Shown in pieces: positions 1 through 13,427 of a DNA stretch of 64,000 nt. Below the pieces are notes generated by a model, which was not told where the DNA came from, searched no databases, and worked only from the letters and a program-made list of their open reading frames with translations. The stretch lies in NCBI GenBank assembly GCA_051294375.1, contig JBJCIZ010000744.1, positions 1,478,262-1,542,261 of the forward strand, written 5' to 3'. Position 1 is the stretch's first letter; each line of letters begins with the position of its first letter. The DNA comes from Paraspadella gotoi (Eukaryota > Animalia > Chaetognatha). The position numbers were made by a program, and so were the translations under genes.

Positions 1-1308
1 GATGCCGTTTTCCCTGAGATCTTCCTATCTTAAAAAGAATCGGATTTAAATGCTGTTCTAACTATATATATATATATTCTTCCATTGAGAAGTATGAGAA
101 AAATTTCAAAAACAAAGTTTATTTTTAAACTTTAACTTTTTAATTAATGTTGTCAGAATAAATATCTTTTTACCTGTGTAGATTATAATTTTTACTCTCG
201 GCTTCTTCTATACTCGAAATTAATTTTTGATTGATTAATGATTATTAGATATGATTTTGTGCGGACTTTCTCAACAACACGCACACAAACTCGCACTCTT
301 TTCCCATTGTAGTGTTTCTGTATGTGAGTCATGTCACGTATGAAAATTACTTCTCACAATGTGTTGTTGTTGTATTTCACTTAAGTCGTCGCCTCATTTT
401 TATTTGTTGATTTTAGTCTTTTTGCTTATTTATGATTTTTGCTTAATTTTTTTTCCACTTTTCGGAAAGCATTTTGCCCCCAAAATTATTTTTCAATCTT
501 CCGTTGTGCGTCATAAAAAAAAAGTTAAACGCTCTCATTTTTTAGTGTTGAGCTATATTAAGTATTAAGTAATATTTGGCGTCATTTAAATATTTGACGC
601 TAGTTTCGTTGCTATGACGGTATCAACGGGAAGAATCTGTTTATTAAAGTATGTACGTTGTACAATTTATTGTATGTACTACAATGTAGGCTAATATTAA
701 TTATCCCGCTCAAAAGCTTTTATCGACTTTAATGATTAAAAGATAGAATGTGAAGTGTTTATTGTATTTTCCCTAATTTTTCTTTTCCGGTGCAGCTGCA
801 CTAAATTAACAGTGTAAACCGATTGTGATCCCGTTGTTTTTTTTTCGTTGTAATATTTCACAACAACAACAACAACTTGCCTCCAATTCGCCGCTTAAGG
901 TTTTACCGTTTTTATTTTTAAATAGTTTTTATTCCGATTTAGGCTTATTTAGTTGTATCAATTACAAATAATTTATGGTATATGAACTTATTTTTCTTTC
1001 GATAGTAACCCTGATAAAATAATTTGAGTTTAGAGAGCGACACTTTGGTGATGAAATATGTAGCTTTTCTAGCTAACTCAGATTGTTCTTGAAAGTGACC
1101 AGTTGCGGTCGATAAACTGGGTACTTCAGCTCCGTTAAAAATGTTACGCAGTAGTTTGATACCATTAATTGTCAAGGCGAAACTCAACCAGCTTATTAAA
1201 TTTTACAAATATTTTCCATTAATTTTTAAAAAAATTATATTTAGAAGACTTTTATGTTTATCCAACTAGTTTGTATCCATTATTACGATCAAAGCAACAA
1301 GAAAGATC

Positions 1309-2504
1309 ATGAACGTCTACATTGGCCAATTTAAAATTAATGGAGCTAATTGCAAAGGTACTTGACGTAAATTTGGACGAATGACCTGATCACTAAAAAG
1401 TTCATATAATTATTCACCGTTTAAAATTTATTGAAATTTTATTCAAAAGGCGGGAGAAGTTGATTATAATTAGAGCTAGAAGACGTTTAAAAGAGTTAAA
1501 TTGGTCCAATTTTCTATTTAACATACCAGCGCAAAATTGGATTCTCGAAACGTCCGAGGGATCGGTGACGATTTCCCTCACATTTTCTTCCAGTAGCCAA
1601 TGCTCGGTCGAAGTGACGATACCCGAATATATTATTTTGTATTTTATAATTTTAAAAAATAAAATAAAATGCAGGGTATCAAAAATTTTGGCACAGTTTC
1701 CTAGAGACATATTAAACGGGGTCATTGGTCCATATTTTTTTAGCGCATAAATCGACGCTTGAAACACCAGAGGGAATAGTGACGATTTCACTCAGCTCGA
1801 CTGAATATCATCATTACTCGGTTGAAGTCACTATTCCGTTTGCCTTTCACAAATGCACCGTCAATTCCCAGAACAGGACCTGGTCCTGCGTGCAAACCAA
1901 GACAACCTTCACTCTTCCCAATACTTACAGAGACTTTACCTTACAATGTCAGATCGAAATTCTGAAGGAGGAACCAGTCGGACCAGACTACGTGACCCTT
2001 TTGGAATCCGGAGATCTTGCGGACGTCTGGTTCCAAATAGGCAATGAAATCATTCCCGCCCACCGCAACGTTCTGCTTTCGAGATGCTCTTACTTCAAAG
2101 CCATGATCACCGCGCCAATGAAGGAAAGTAAGACGAGAATTGTGAAGCTAAAAGATATCGATTCGGAATCATTCAAGTACGTCCTTCGTTACTTGTACGC
2201 TGGGCGTTTCCTCACCGAGCGAGATCAGGCGTTTGCTCCATTGATTTTGCCCAAGGCCCACGAGTACGATCTCCAAGGACTCGTGAAAAACTGCTCCCGA
2301 ATTATGGAAAATTCCGTCAACGTAAATAACGTCTGCAAATTTTATCTCCTTTCTGTTGTGCACGACTGCAAATCTCTCACTAAGAAATGCGCAGATTTTA
2401 TAAAAGAAAACCCTACTGACGTCAAAATGACGGATGGATGGACCATGCTGCACGAGCAGTCTCACTCGACACTTCTGAGACTATTTGATGCTTTGGTAGA
2501 TTAA
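1309..2504 (+). CDS. BTB/POZ (SPOP/TDPOZ-like BTB-BACK) protein; exons approx. 1309-1357 and 1744-2504
   Basis: ORF 1725-2504 contains a BTB core (DVWFQIGNEIIPAHRNVLLSRCSYFKAM...IDSESFKYVLRYLYAG...AHEYDLQGLVKNC) followed by a SPOP-like BACK tail (VNVNNVCKFYLLSVVHDCKSLTKKCADFIKEN...TDGW). The upstream ATG exon MNVYIGQFKINGANCK ends G|gtac and splices in phase to ttttag|CGCAT. Confidence 0.85.
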
Positions 2505-3649
2505 ATATTTTTTGTAAAGATAACTGCGGGAGGTTCGCTTTTAGTTTTCTTTTTAACAGACGTTTTATTTTGTTATTGATGTTCTTTCGTCAACTCGACG
2601 ACATCGGTTTTAACTCGATCAAACCTCATTTCTTAGAAATGCCGATTATTTTTTATTAAAATCGCCGATTCTCATTTTCCATCGTAATTATTTCATCGCG
2701 TTCCAGATTTCATTCATTAATTACCTTTATATCATTTTTGCGCCATTGTCTTGAATGATAACAAATCTCATTCGCTTTCATATCGAAGCTCATTTTGTTT
2801 TATCTCTCCTCAGTTTAAAAAAAAGCCACGGTCTTTATCAGACCTCGTTCATCAAACTCTCTCGATGCGAGACTAAACAAGAGAGAGGAGATGACTTGTC
2901 TTCTACGATAAATACGTCAGAATTGGTTGCTTTGATGGATAATGTGATTCAGAATTTTGTGTGGAGAGTCTGGACTAGAGTTCTCGCGCGTTTCTTCATG
3001 GCGAGCTTCAGTTAAATATATTGTTACGTTTCACGATGAGTGGTCTTGTTTTGAAGATATTTACTACTCTGTCAGGCGCAACTCAACCAGCTCATAATTT
3101 TAATCACGTTTTCACTAATCAGTTGCTCGCTAGTCAGATAGTGTCCTTTGAAGAAGAGATTAGTCTATGCTCAGCAATAGTCGCTATTCGGGTATGTTGT
3201 TATCCCTTCAACTCGTTCGTGTCCTCGCATTCATTGACGATCAAGACGGACAGCGAACCACAGTGACGAACAAGGATGCATCTGAACAGTCTAGGCAAGT
3301 GAACGAAGTCCTTAGCAATGTACATGGACGCCTTAATCTGCCATCGTAAGTGCCGCTCATGCTCCTGACGTAAGGCGTTTCTGGACGAGTACGATGAACC
3401 CTGATGCATAGAGAAAGTTCATGTATGGAGTGATATGATAACCGGCGTTTGTTTCTGTAGAACATTTATTGAACCCCTATTAGTTGCTCGCTCAGAGCTA
3501 TAGCGCTCCGGGATCAGAGTTGTATATTTAGGACATGTAGGAAGCTCGCGGATATTGTATCACCGTACTCAGAAGAGTTAAATGAGGTCCCAATTTCTCG
3601 CTATTTACTACACCAACCTCCATGAGCTCTGCTTCCACCAAAGGCCTTG

Positions 3650-5580
3650 GATTCTCGGAAACACGGTCCGAGGGATGCGGTGACGATTTCCTCACACATT
3701 TTTCCCAGTAGCAATGTCGGTCGAGTGACGATACCGCGGACCATTCACTCTATGTTCGTATTTCTTATGCGCCAAATTGAGAAAATAAAATAAAATGCAG
3801 GGCACTATCAAAAGTGTCCTGGCATCCACCATCGCAGAGTTCCTCTCGCTAGCAGGGAATTTTCTTGGTACAGTGAAACCGCGAGGAGGTCATGTGGGGT
3901 CCATTTTCATATGTGTATCCATGATGTTTCAGTTTTATCTAGCCTCGAACATAATATATCGAGACCGCGCTCTCTGAAATCACTACGCGATGATAGGCGA
4001 ATAGTGACGGACTGGTCAGCAAGCTCGACTCTAGAGAGTTAATATGAGCTCCACTGCATCGTCCGGTTGAAAAGTCACTATTCCGTCTCTGCTTCAGACG
4101 AATATATAGGAGAGCTTTCGCGTCTCACAAACTTTCCCAAGTACTTTGACCTCTGTGTTCGTTTTTTGTTTTGCGCTGCACGAACGCCATTATTTTGGGC
4201 GTACATTCGGCGTACAGAGGGGTTTTCACACTCTCGTCCTAGAGATGCCTCTCCACGCAATATATGACTTGTACTGTTGTACCTTTTATGCTATCGAGGT
4301 GCTCTATAGATCGAAACTGCTGAATAGTGAGGATATCCAAGCATCGGCACTCATAAATATAGATACTGGTGTGGGGACAGTTAGAGAGGCAGATCACACT
4401 GGAGAATCTTGAGACTGTGTATGCGCTCGGCTTACAGTGAGAAAAGCCCAAGAGATTCTTATATCCGGTTGCCTCACTCTCTCTGCACACGAGATAATCC
4501 TCGCTTACTCGAGCATCTGCTTAATTCAAAGCACACATGCGATTCACACGCCCTGGACCGCCGATGAGGCAGGTTAGATCGAGGAGCGTCTTCAGGCTCG
4601 ATCGCTTGCTATAGAGTTATCGGATTGTCTGGATTTAAGGCATGGTAACTGTATCTGTTCTTGAGTATGATCTGTCAATCTGTTTCAAGGATCTTGCGGT
4701 CGCTTTTTCTCTTCCCCATGTACGTTGTTACGCGATGTATACTATATATGTGGTTTCTTGCGTTATGGCTGCCTCATTGTGCAGCTTCTGGCATTCAAGG
4801 CCTCAGACAGCTGAATATCCTCTCACGGGCACGTACGTGGCACAATATACGCGTTTCTCTGTTGCGCGGAAATTAATGGAAAACTAGTCGGTATCAATCG
4901 TAGAATGTCATTATACGCGTCTGTTACACTTTGGTCTCAGACCTCTCTTTCTGTTCGGTGCAACGACGTGCAGCACTGGACTTCCGAGTAAGAAATGCGC
5001 CAGATTTTTCACATTTAAGCAGAAAGACCGACTCGCGACGCGGTCATGACGGATGGAGTGGACACCGCTGCATATCACGCTCTGCACGGCAGTCCTCTCG
5101 TCTCACGACGACACCCGTGCTTCGTCGACCTAGTAAATGACTGACTGACGCCTGCGTAGATTTAAAATATTTTTTGGTAAAGATAACTGCGGGAGGTTCC
5201 GCTTTTAGTGTTTCTTTTTACAGACGTTTTATTTTGTTATTGATTGTTCTTTCGTCCAACTGAACGACATCGGTTTAATCGATCAACTCATTTCTTAGAA
5301 ATGCCGATTATTTTTAATTAAAAATTCGGCGTATATTCCCTCAGATTGCATTCGATAGAAGTAATGTAGGGTTTCGCTGCCTCATTGAGAGCGCTTCGCA
5401 GGAGATGTTCTCTTATTGACTCACTCTCTTTGTTCATTTTGCTCGCTTGCTCACTATTGTCATGACATGAGTGAACAAAGCGTCGGGTCCTGCAGCCAGC
5501 ATTGGTAAGCTTTCCTATATATTCGACGGCTCCAGTTTGTTTTATTCTCTTTCCTCAGTTGTAAAAAAAAGCCACGGTCT
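3650..5580 (+). pseudogene. Very noisy redundant copy of the BTB gene region (probable raw-read artefact)
   Basis: Recognisable matches to 1540-2830 (ggattctcggaaacacggtccgagggatgcggtgacg; tttttggtaaagataactgcgggagg; aaaaagccacggtcttta) broken by dense insertions. Confidence 0.6.
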
Positions 5581-6364
5581 TTAGTCAGAACGTCAGTTGG
5601 GCTGCAGTTCAGTCGCGTCATATTATATAGACCTCGTCGATGCGCCGGACCGCTCGCCTTAAAATCTTATACAGCGAGTGGCGTCTATTAGTTCGCTACA
5701 CTTGCAGATAATTCTACACGCATGGCGGCTTATTGTTACGTGCAGCACTCGTTTCTATCGTCGTCAGAGATCAAGAGGATGCTTGATGTGCCGTTACTCT
5801 ATTTACTTTGGCTGACGGTGGGGATTCGCGTATCGGAGGAGCATGCTATGCTCATTCACCTTGCCGCTCAGCTTCGACGTCGGAGACGCACTAAAACGGG
5901 GCTAAGGTGGGCCATAAGAGAGGCTCATAGAGCCTACAGCCAGATCGCGTTGTTGCTTTTCGAGATCTGTTTCTGCTAGCGAAATCATGTGAGTAGTGAC
6001 GATTTCGAGCGCCCCTCCGTGTATGTCGTCGATCTCATCAGCTACCGTTCTTCGCTTTCTATATGCTGGCGGTCTCTCTCGTATTCTCCTCTCGCTCGTC
6101 TCTCGGTGGTTTTTCTCGCTCATGGTTGATGTTGCTGCACCTCGACGCTTCGGAAGCGGGTGATCCCTGGTAGTCAATCGTTAGAGACGCGAGGGCCACT
6201 GCCACGTTGTCTGCTCACGATCCTCCTTGCCTAAAGTATTTTACCCCCACTCTCGGAGACGCCTCCGCTTTTCCCAATCTCTAAACCGTTACCTCGTCCG
6301 TTCCCCGCGCCTCAATCGCTCCATGTTCCTCCCCCTACCCCCCCCCTACCTCCCCCTTCCACAG

Positions 6365-6607
6365 GCTTTCCTCTGGTGGTCCACGCTTCGGCGGCTTTTT
6401 CGGCGTCGGCTGGCTGCGCGACTTTTTCGCAAATCCCGGAATACGTCGCAGATGCGGAGATCGACGGCCCATCGATCCGCCAACAGCCTTACCCGCCGCT
6501 CAATTGGACGAGATGGATCGCCCAGCTGGTCGTCGGAGGTCTCTACGGATTTCTGGTCAGAGCATCCATCCCGGAGGAGTTCGTCGAGGCGGACGTGCGG
6601 CTGCAGG
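6365..6607 (+). CDS. DNAJC22: DNAJC22 exon 2, extra copy
   Basis: cacag|GCTTTC...CTGCAG|gtggg encodes AFLWWST(F)GGFFGVGWLRDFSQIPEYVADAE...PPLNWTRWIAQLVVGGLYGFLVRASIPEE, with one frameshift. Confidence 0.75.
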
Positions 6608-6962
6608 TGGGGTGGGTTGGGGGGGAGGGTTTGCAGGAATGAATGGGATAAGTACTAGAGTCAACAGGGAATTAATGAATGAATGAATTAATGATTGAAA
6701 AGATAAAATAAATCAATTGATGAAAGAATGAAATGAATTGTTTTATAAAAAAGAGATATTTTTTTCCAGAGGAGGATTTGGCCTGCCGTCCAATTCTCCT
6801 CTTCCTCTTCTTTCGCTCCTCCTGCCCCTCAAGTATATTTTGTCTAGCGATAGATTCTCTCGTTTCTACTCTTCGCGAAATATATCCATTATTTTCCCTC
6901 TATTTCTACACGCCTTCAATACCCCTCAAGTTTTGCTNNNNNNNNNNNNNNNNNNNNNNNNN

Positions 6963-7054
6963 ATCAGATGGCGTCTTTGATCCTCACTTAAAATCAAGAT
7001 GGCGGCTTTGATCCTCACTTAAAATCAAGATGGCATCTTTGATCCTTACTTATT
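6963..7054 (+). repeat. 31-bp tandem repeat (x3) spanning the DNAJC22 start codon
   Basis: Unit atcaagatggc(g/a)(t/g)ctttgatcctcacttaaa repeated three times; the last copy carries the true ATG at 7030. Confidence 0.85.
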
Positions 7055-8614
7055 TACTTTGGCTGACGGAGGATGGTTCGGCCTGCATCACTATTACCTC
7101 GGCAGAGATAAACAGGTTGGGCAATGGCATTGAGGTTATGGGCTAACAAGTTTTTAGCATTGCTCTATGAAATATGATAATTTCGCGCCCCTTCCTCATG
7201 CAACCTTTCTTTCACACCCTGCTCTCTCTTTCTCTCTCTCCTCCTCTCTGCGTTTTACTTTATCTGACCCTATCTGATCCTATCTCTACGCCTCACCCTC
7301 TCCTCACCCTTTTATTTTACCACCTCCCTTTTCCCAAATCTTAACCTTACCTTCCTTCCACGCCTCCAACCCCATTCTCCCCCTACCCCCCCTACCTCCC
7401 CCTTCCACAGGCTTTCCTCTGGTGTCCACCTTCGGCGGCTTCTTCGGCGTCGGCTGGCTGCGCCGACTTTTCGCAAATCCCGGAATACGTGCAGATGCGG
7501 AGATCGACGGCCCATCGATCGCCCAACGCCTTACCCGCCGCTCAATTGGACGAGATGGATCGCCCAGCTGCGGCGTCTTTCTTATATAGCTTAGTTTCCA
7601 TGTGCTGACTTGGTTGATTGGGAAAAGATATTGTATTTTTTAATCGATTCTTTAAAACTACCGAACGTATCTCTATTGAAATTATTTAAGTATCTAATTA
7701 ACAAATTATTGGAACAGTAATTAATTCAAAAAGTTAAAAATTAAATTTCAACGAAATACGTTATTTAATCCAAAAACACTCAACCCCCCACATAAACCAA
7801 AACAACCGAACCGAAACTGGTCCCCAGATTCTCGTCTACCTTCTGTTCCCCTTCGGCGTCGTCGCCGGAATCCATTTGGTCGGTTCCATCGGCGATCGTC
7901 AGACCGGAAGTGCCAAGCATTCCCTCCTCGCCGCNNNNNNNNNNNNNNNNNNNNNNNNNNNNNNNNNNNNNNNNNNNNNNNNNNNNNNNNNNNNNNNNNN
8001 NNNNNNNNNNNNNNNNNNNNNNNNNNNNNNNNNNNNNNNNNNNNNNNNNNNNNNNNNNNNNNNNNNNNNNNNNNNNNNNNNNNNNNNNNNNNNNNNNNNN
8101 NNNNNNNNNNNNNNNNNNNNNNNNNNNNNNNNNNNNNNNNNNNNGGGGAAAGGAAAGGGGGGACATTGAACCATCCTGATATATCCATTTTGTCTTTTCT
8201 CGTCTTTTCTCATCGACTCATCTTAACTGACCGCCCCCCCACACCCACGCCTCTCACTCGCTTTTCCCAGCTACGCCGTTCTCTCCGCCAACGTCGCCTA
8301 CAACTACGGTCGCAAATGGCGCCTCGGTCCGCGGCGGCGCCGAAGCCACTGCCGGCGCCTCGGCGTCCTCTTCGCCTTCGGCTCCCTCTATCTCGCCCTC
8401 TGGTCCACCGTCCTTCTCTTCAACGTCTCCGTCGCGGGTCTCGACGGCGAGCGACTCCGGCTCAGCGACGTCCTCGTCAACTTCTTTCGCTCGGAGGCTT
8501 GGAGAGACTTCAAGGCCAAAGCGGCCGAGTTGTTGGGAGTCTGGATGGAGGAAGGATGGGAGAACGCCTGGAGGAGGTTCAAGAAGGACTTTGATATATC
8601 GGGTGAGAGAGAGG

Positions 8615-8645
<31 letters not shown>

Positions 8646-9048
8646 TGACTGAAATACTAGTAGATTTAAATATAATTATGAGGAATCGAATAGGGCCTAA
8701 TTAGTCTTTCAAAATGTGATAATGTTGAGACACCTTCTTCAAAATTTGATTCTGCCATCCTACTCTCCTACTCTCCTTTCTCCTTCCCCCCCCAATTTTT
8801 CTTTTTAAACAATCCTTCATACCATCCCTTTCCTATTCCTATTCACTGGGCCACTTCTCCTCCTCCTCTTCCCCCCCCCCTTCCAAGGAACTCAACGCGC
8901 CTGCGAGGTTCTCTCCGTCGACTGCGACTCCGCGTCTCAAGAGGAGATTCGCTCCGCCTGTCGTCGCCTGAGCCGCGCCTGGCATCCCGACCGACATCGC
9001 GACAAAGAGGAGAAGGCCAAGGCGCAGGAGAAGTTCATAGAGATTCAG
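7030..9048 (+). CDS. DNAJC22: DNAJC22/Wurst homolog, copy 1 (exons approx. 7030-7115, 7411-7570, 7828-gap, 8271-8602, 8888-9048; terminal exon missing here)
   Basis: N-terminal TM2 motif MASLILTYLLWLTGGWFGLHHYYLGRDKQ, then TM segments (ILVYLLFPFGVVAGIHLVGSIG; LGVLFAFGSLYLALWSTVLLFN), then NFFRSEAWRDFK...GWENAW, then a J domain (ASQEEIRSACRRLSRAWHPDRHRDKEEKAKAQEKFIEIQ|gt). A few single-base indels. Confidence 0.88.
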
Positions 9049-10349
9049 GTTGTTGAGAAGNNNNNNNNNNNNNNNNNNNNNNNNNATTGATTTTTTAGCT
9101 TTATTTCTTATTCTCATTCCTGTTCTGCCCTCGCCTCTGATCTTCTTTCTTCCCCCCCCACTTTGTTTTTCTTTTTCTTTCGTCTTTCTCTCATTTTCCC
9201 TTTCCCTCCCTCCTTTCCATCCTTTCCCATCCATCCTTCCTCTTTTCTATTTACTTTACTTTCCTTCCTTTCCTTTACTTTTTCCTCTCTCCATGCCTCC
9301 CAAAAAACCCCGAAGGAGCTCGATCCTCCGCGTCTGGAAATCCTTCGGAGAAATTCCTTCGCCTCTGCGCGGCCCAAGGACGGCCCGACTTGCAGGTCTG
9401 GCCCAGACCCCGCCTGTCCGCTCCAAAATCCATGGAACAGAAGAATGTTTTATTGGCGCTTCTTTAATTTTCTTACTTTTGGGAGAGTTGGAGAGGAAGA
9501 GAGAGAGGAGTAAGGAGAAAGAGAAAGAGAAAGAGGTTTCCTGCGTTGGAAACATATCGATCTTCAAAATGGTTGTGATTATGTTATTTTTTCACCTCGG
9601 TCGCTTGATTTTTTCCATCGAGGTCCTCTTCTGTTTTTACCTTAAATATTTTTTTTTTTTTTTGTAATCCACCATACGAAAAGGAATTTTAAATATTTAA
9701 CTTTATAATTTATGTGAATATTTTTTTAATTTTTTCTCGGGATATAAAAATGACGTAAAGAAATCCCAATTTTGCCTAACTAAAAATTATCACGAAATTA
9801 CTTGGAAAATTACTTACTTATCCAGTCAATTGATATTGGACGCATAAAAAAAAAAATCAAAAAAAAAAAAAAACGAATCAAGCTTTAATTAAATTGTTTT
9901 TTAATGGTTTTATCGCTTTTTTAGATTCTACTTTTATATCTTAAACTAACTGCTAATTTTAGAAATTCTATAGCTTACATTAAAAATTAAAACGATTTGT
10001 ATTCGTATCGTTTACAATTTTAACAAATTCGCCCTGTAGCTTTCTGTAACCTGGTTTCGCTTGTTTGTTAAAAAAAAAAAAAAAAAAGACCTCTGATTAT
10101 ATTTATTGATATATTAATATTATTTCTGCCTCCGTAATTATTCATTTAAAAATAATGATCCTCTGCCTTATTGGGCACCTCTTTTCTTTATGCGGCCGGC
10201 CGGGCCGCCCCCGGCCCCGCCGGTTTTTTTTTCTTTTTGCGGGTATGGAAGAAAAGCTCTGCCGCTTTGTTTGTTTGTGTTTAGCGAAGCTTCATTGACA
10301 TCGTCTTCAAATGGGAAGTAATATATCAATTCATTTACTCAATTTTTTA

Positions 10350-13300
10350 TATATATGAATATATATATATATATTTCCATTGAGAGTAAGTATGAGAAAA
10401 ATATTTCAAAAAAAACAAAGTTTATTTTAATATTTTTTTAAACTTTAACTTTTTAATTAATGTGTAGATTAAATATATCTTTTTACCTGTGTAGAAATTA
10501 TAATTTTTACTCTCGGCTTTTCTTCCTATACTCGAAATACATTTGTTGATGATTGGATTATTAGATATGATTTTGTGCCGGACTTTCCTCAACAACACGC
10601 ACACAAACTCGCACTCTTTTCCATTGTAGTTGTTTCTGGTTATGTGCGCTGTGAGTCATGTCACGTATGGGAAAATTACTTTTTTCTCACATATGTGTTG
10701 TTTGTTGTATTTTCACCTTAAGTCGGTCGCCTCATTTTTATTTGAGTTGATTTTTTAGTCTTTTTGCTTATTTATGATTTTGCTTAATTTTTTTTTCCAC
10801 TTTCGAAAGGCATTTTGCTCCCCCAAAATTATTTTCAATCTTCCGTTGTGCGTTCATTAAACAAAAAAGTTTTTTAAAACGCTCTCATTTTTTAGTGTTG
10901 ACTATATTAAGGTATTATTAAGTAATATTTAGGCGTCATTTAATATTTGACGCAGTTTCGTTGCTATGACGGTATCAACGGGGAAAGAAATCTGTTTATT
11001 TCAACGTATGTTATACGTTGTACATTTATTGTATGTTACTACAATGTAGGCTAATATTTAATTTCCCGCTCAAAAGCTTTTTATCGACCTTTAATGAATT
11101 TAAAAAGATAGAATGTTGAAGTGTTTATTGTATTTTCCCTCATTTTTCTTTTTCCGGTGCAGCTGCACTAAATTAACCAAGTGTTTAAACCGGATTGTGA
11201 TCCCGTTGTTTTTTTTTTTTTTTCGTTGTAATATTTCACAAACAACAACAACAACTTGCCTCCAATTCGCCCGCTTAAGGTTTTTACCGTTTTTATTTTT
11301 TAAATAGTTTTTTATTCCGATTTAGGCTTATTTAGTTGTATCAATTACAAATTAATTTGATGGTATATGAATTATTTTCTTTCGATAGTAACCCTGATAA
11401 AATAATTTGAGTTTTTAGAGAGCGACACTTTGTGAATTGAAATATGTAGCTTTTCTAGCTAACTCAGATTGTTCTTAGTGACCGGTTGCGGTCGATAAAC
11501 TGGTGGGTACTTCAGCTCCGTTGACGAAATGATGTGTTACGCAGGTTAGTTTTGATACCATTAATTGCAAGGCGAAAACTCGCCCACTTATTTAAATTTT
11601 ACAAATATTTTCCATTAATTTTTTTTAAAAAAAATTTATTAGAAAAGACTTTTTGCTTTTATCCAAACTAAGCTTGGTATCCTCCATTATTACGATCAAC
11701 GAAGCACAAGAAAATCATAACGTTACATTGGCGCCAAAATTTAAAATTAATGGAGCTAAATTGCAAAGTACTTGACGTAAAAAAAATTTGGACGAATGAC
11801 CTGATCACTAAAAAGTCAGTATTAATTATCACCGTTTTAAATTATTGAAATTTTTATTCAAAATAGGGGAGAAGAGAAGTTGATATATTAGAGCTAGAAG
11901 TACTGTTTTTAAAAGAGTTAAATTGCGTCCAATTTTCTATTTAATCAAACCAGCGCAAAATTGGATTTTCTCGAAACGTCCGAGGGATCGGTTCTGGACG
12001 ATTATTCCCTCAATTCTCTTCTCCAGTAGCCAATGCTCGGTCCAAGTGAACGATACCCAAATATATTATTTTGTATTTTATATTTTTCAACAAAATAAAA
12101 ATAAATGCAGGGTATCAAAAATTTGGCACAGTTCCTAGATACATATTATTAAACGGGTGGTCGTATTGGGTCCATATTTTTTTCAGGCGCATTAAATCAC
12201 GCTTGAAACACCAGAGGGAATTAGTTGACGATTTCACTCAGCTCGACTGAATATCATCATTTACTCCGGTTGAAGTCACTATTCCGTTTTGGCCTTTCAC
12301 ACAATGCACCGTCAATTCCCAGAAACAGGACACTGCGTGTCCTGCGTGCAAACCAAGACAACCTTCACTCTTCCCAATACTTACCAGAGACTTTACACTT
12401 CAATGTCCAGAATCGAAATTCCTGAAGGAGGAACCAGTCGGCGCAGACTACGTGACTCTTTGGATCCGAGAATCTTCGCGGACGTCTTGGTTACAAGATG
12501 GCAATGAAATCATTCCCGCCCACCGCAACGTTCTGCGCTTTCGAATGCTCTTACTTCCAAAGCCATGAATCCACCCGCCGCCAATTGAAGGAAAGTTTAA
12601 GACGAGAATTTGTGAAGCTAAAAGATATCGATTCGGGATATCATTCAAGTACGTCCTTCGTTACTTGTTACGGGCGTTTCCGTCACGAGCGAGATCAGGC
12701 GTTTGCTCCATTTGATTTTGCCCCAAGGCCACGGTCGATCTCCTAGGCTCGTGAAAAACTGCTCCCGAATTATGAGGAAAATTCCGGTCAACGTAAATAA
12801 CGTCTGCAAATTTTATCTTCCTTTTCTGTTGTGCACGACTGCAAAATCTCCACTAAGAAATTGCGCAGATTTTATAAAAGAAAACCCTACTGACGCTCAA
12901 AATGAGGATGGATGGACCATGCTGCACGAGCAGTCCTTCACTGACACTTCTGAGACTATTTGATGCTTGGTAGATAAATATTTTTTTGTAAAGATATACT
13001 GCGGAAGGTTCGTTTTAGTTTTCTTTTTAACAACGTTTTATTTTGTATTGATGTTCTTTCGTCAACTCGACGGAACATCGGCTTTTTAACTCGATCAAAG
13101 ACCTTCATTTCTTAAGAAATGCCGGATTATTTTTTTATTAAAATCGCCGATTCTATTTTCCATCGTAACATTATTTCATCGCCGTTCGTTCCAGGATTTC
13201 ATTCTTAATACCTGTTATATATTTTTGCGCCCATTGTCTTGATGATACAATATCTCATTTCGCTTTCATATCGAAGCTCATTTTGTTTTATCTCTCCTCG

Positions 13301-13360
13301 GTTTTAAAAAAAAGCCACGGTCTTTTCAGACCTCGTTCATTCAAACTCTCTCGATGCAGA
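10350..13360 (+). pseudogene. Second full copy of 60-2870 including the BTB gene, heavily frameshifted
   Basis: Colinear with the window start at an offset of about 10.3 kb; differences are mostly homopolymer and single-base indels. Confidence 0.75.
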
Positions 13361-13427
13361 CAAAGAGGCTGATCTACTATAAAAGAGGGCTTGGATCCTC
13401 ACTTAAAGATGGGTCGTCACTAATCAA

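Noticed and set aside
2880-3650. Short ORFs between the BTB copies
   Set aside because: No recognisable motifs; the sequence looks like low-quality read noise.
9050-9667. 205-aa ORF
   Set aside because: It spans an N gap and pyrimidine-rich low complexity; only 9290-9450 is exon-like and I cannot assign it.
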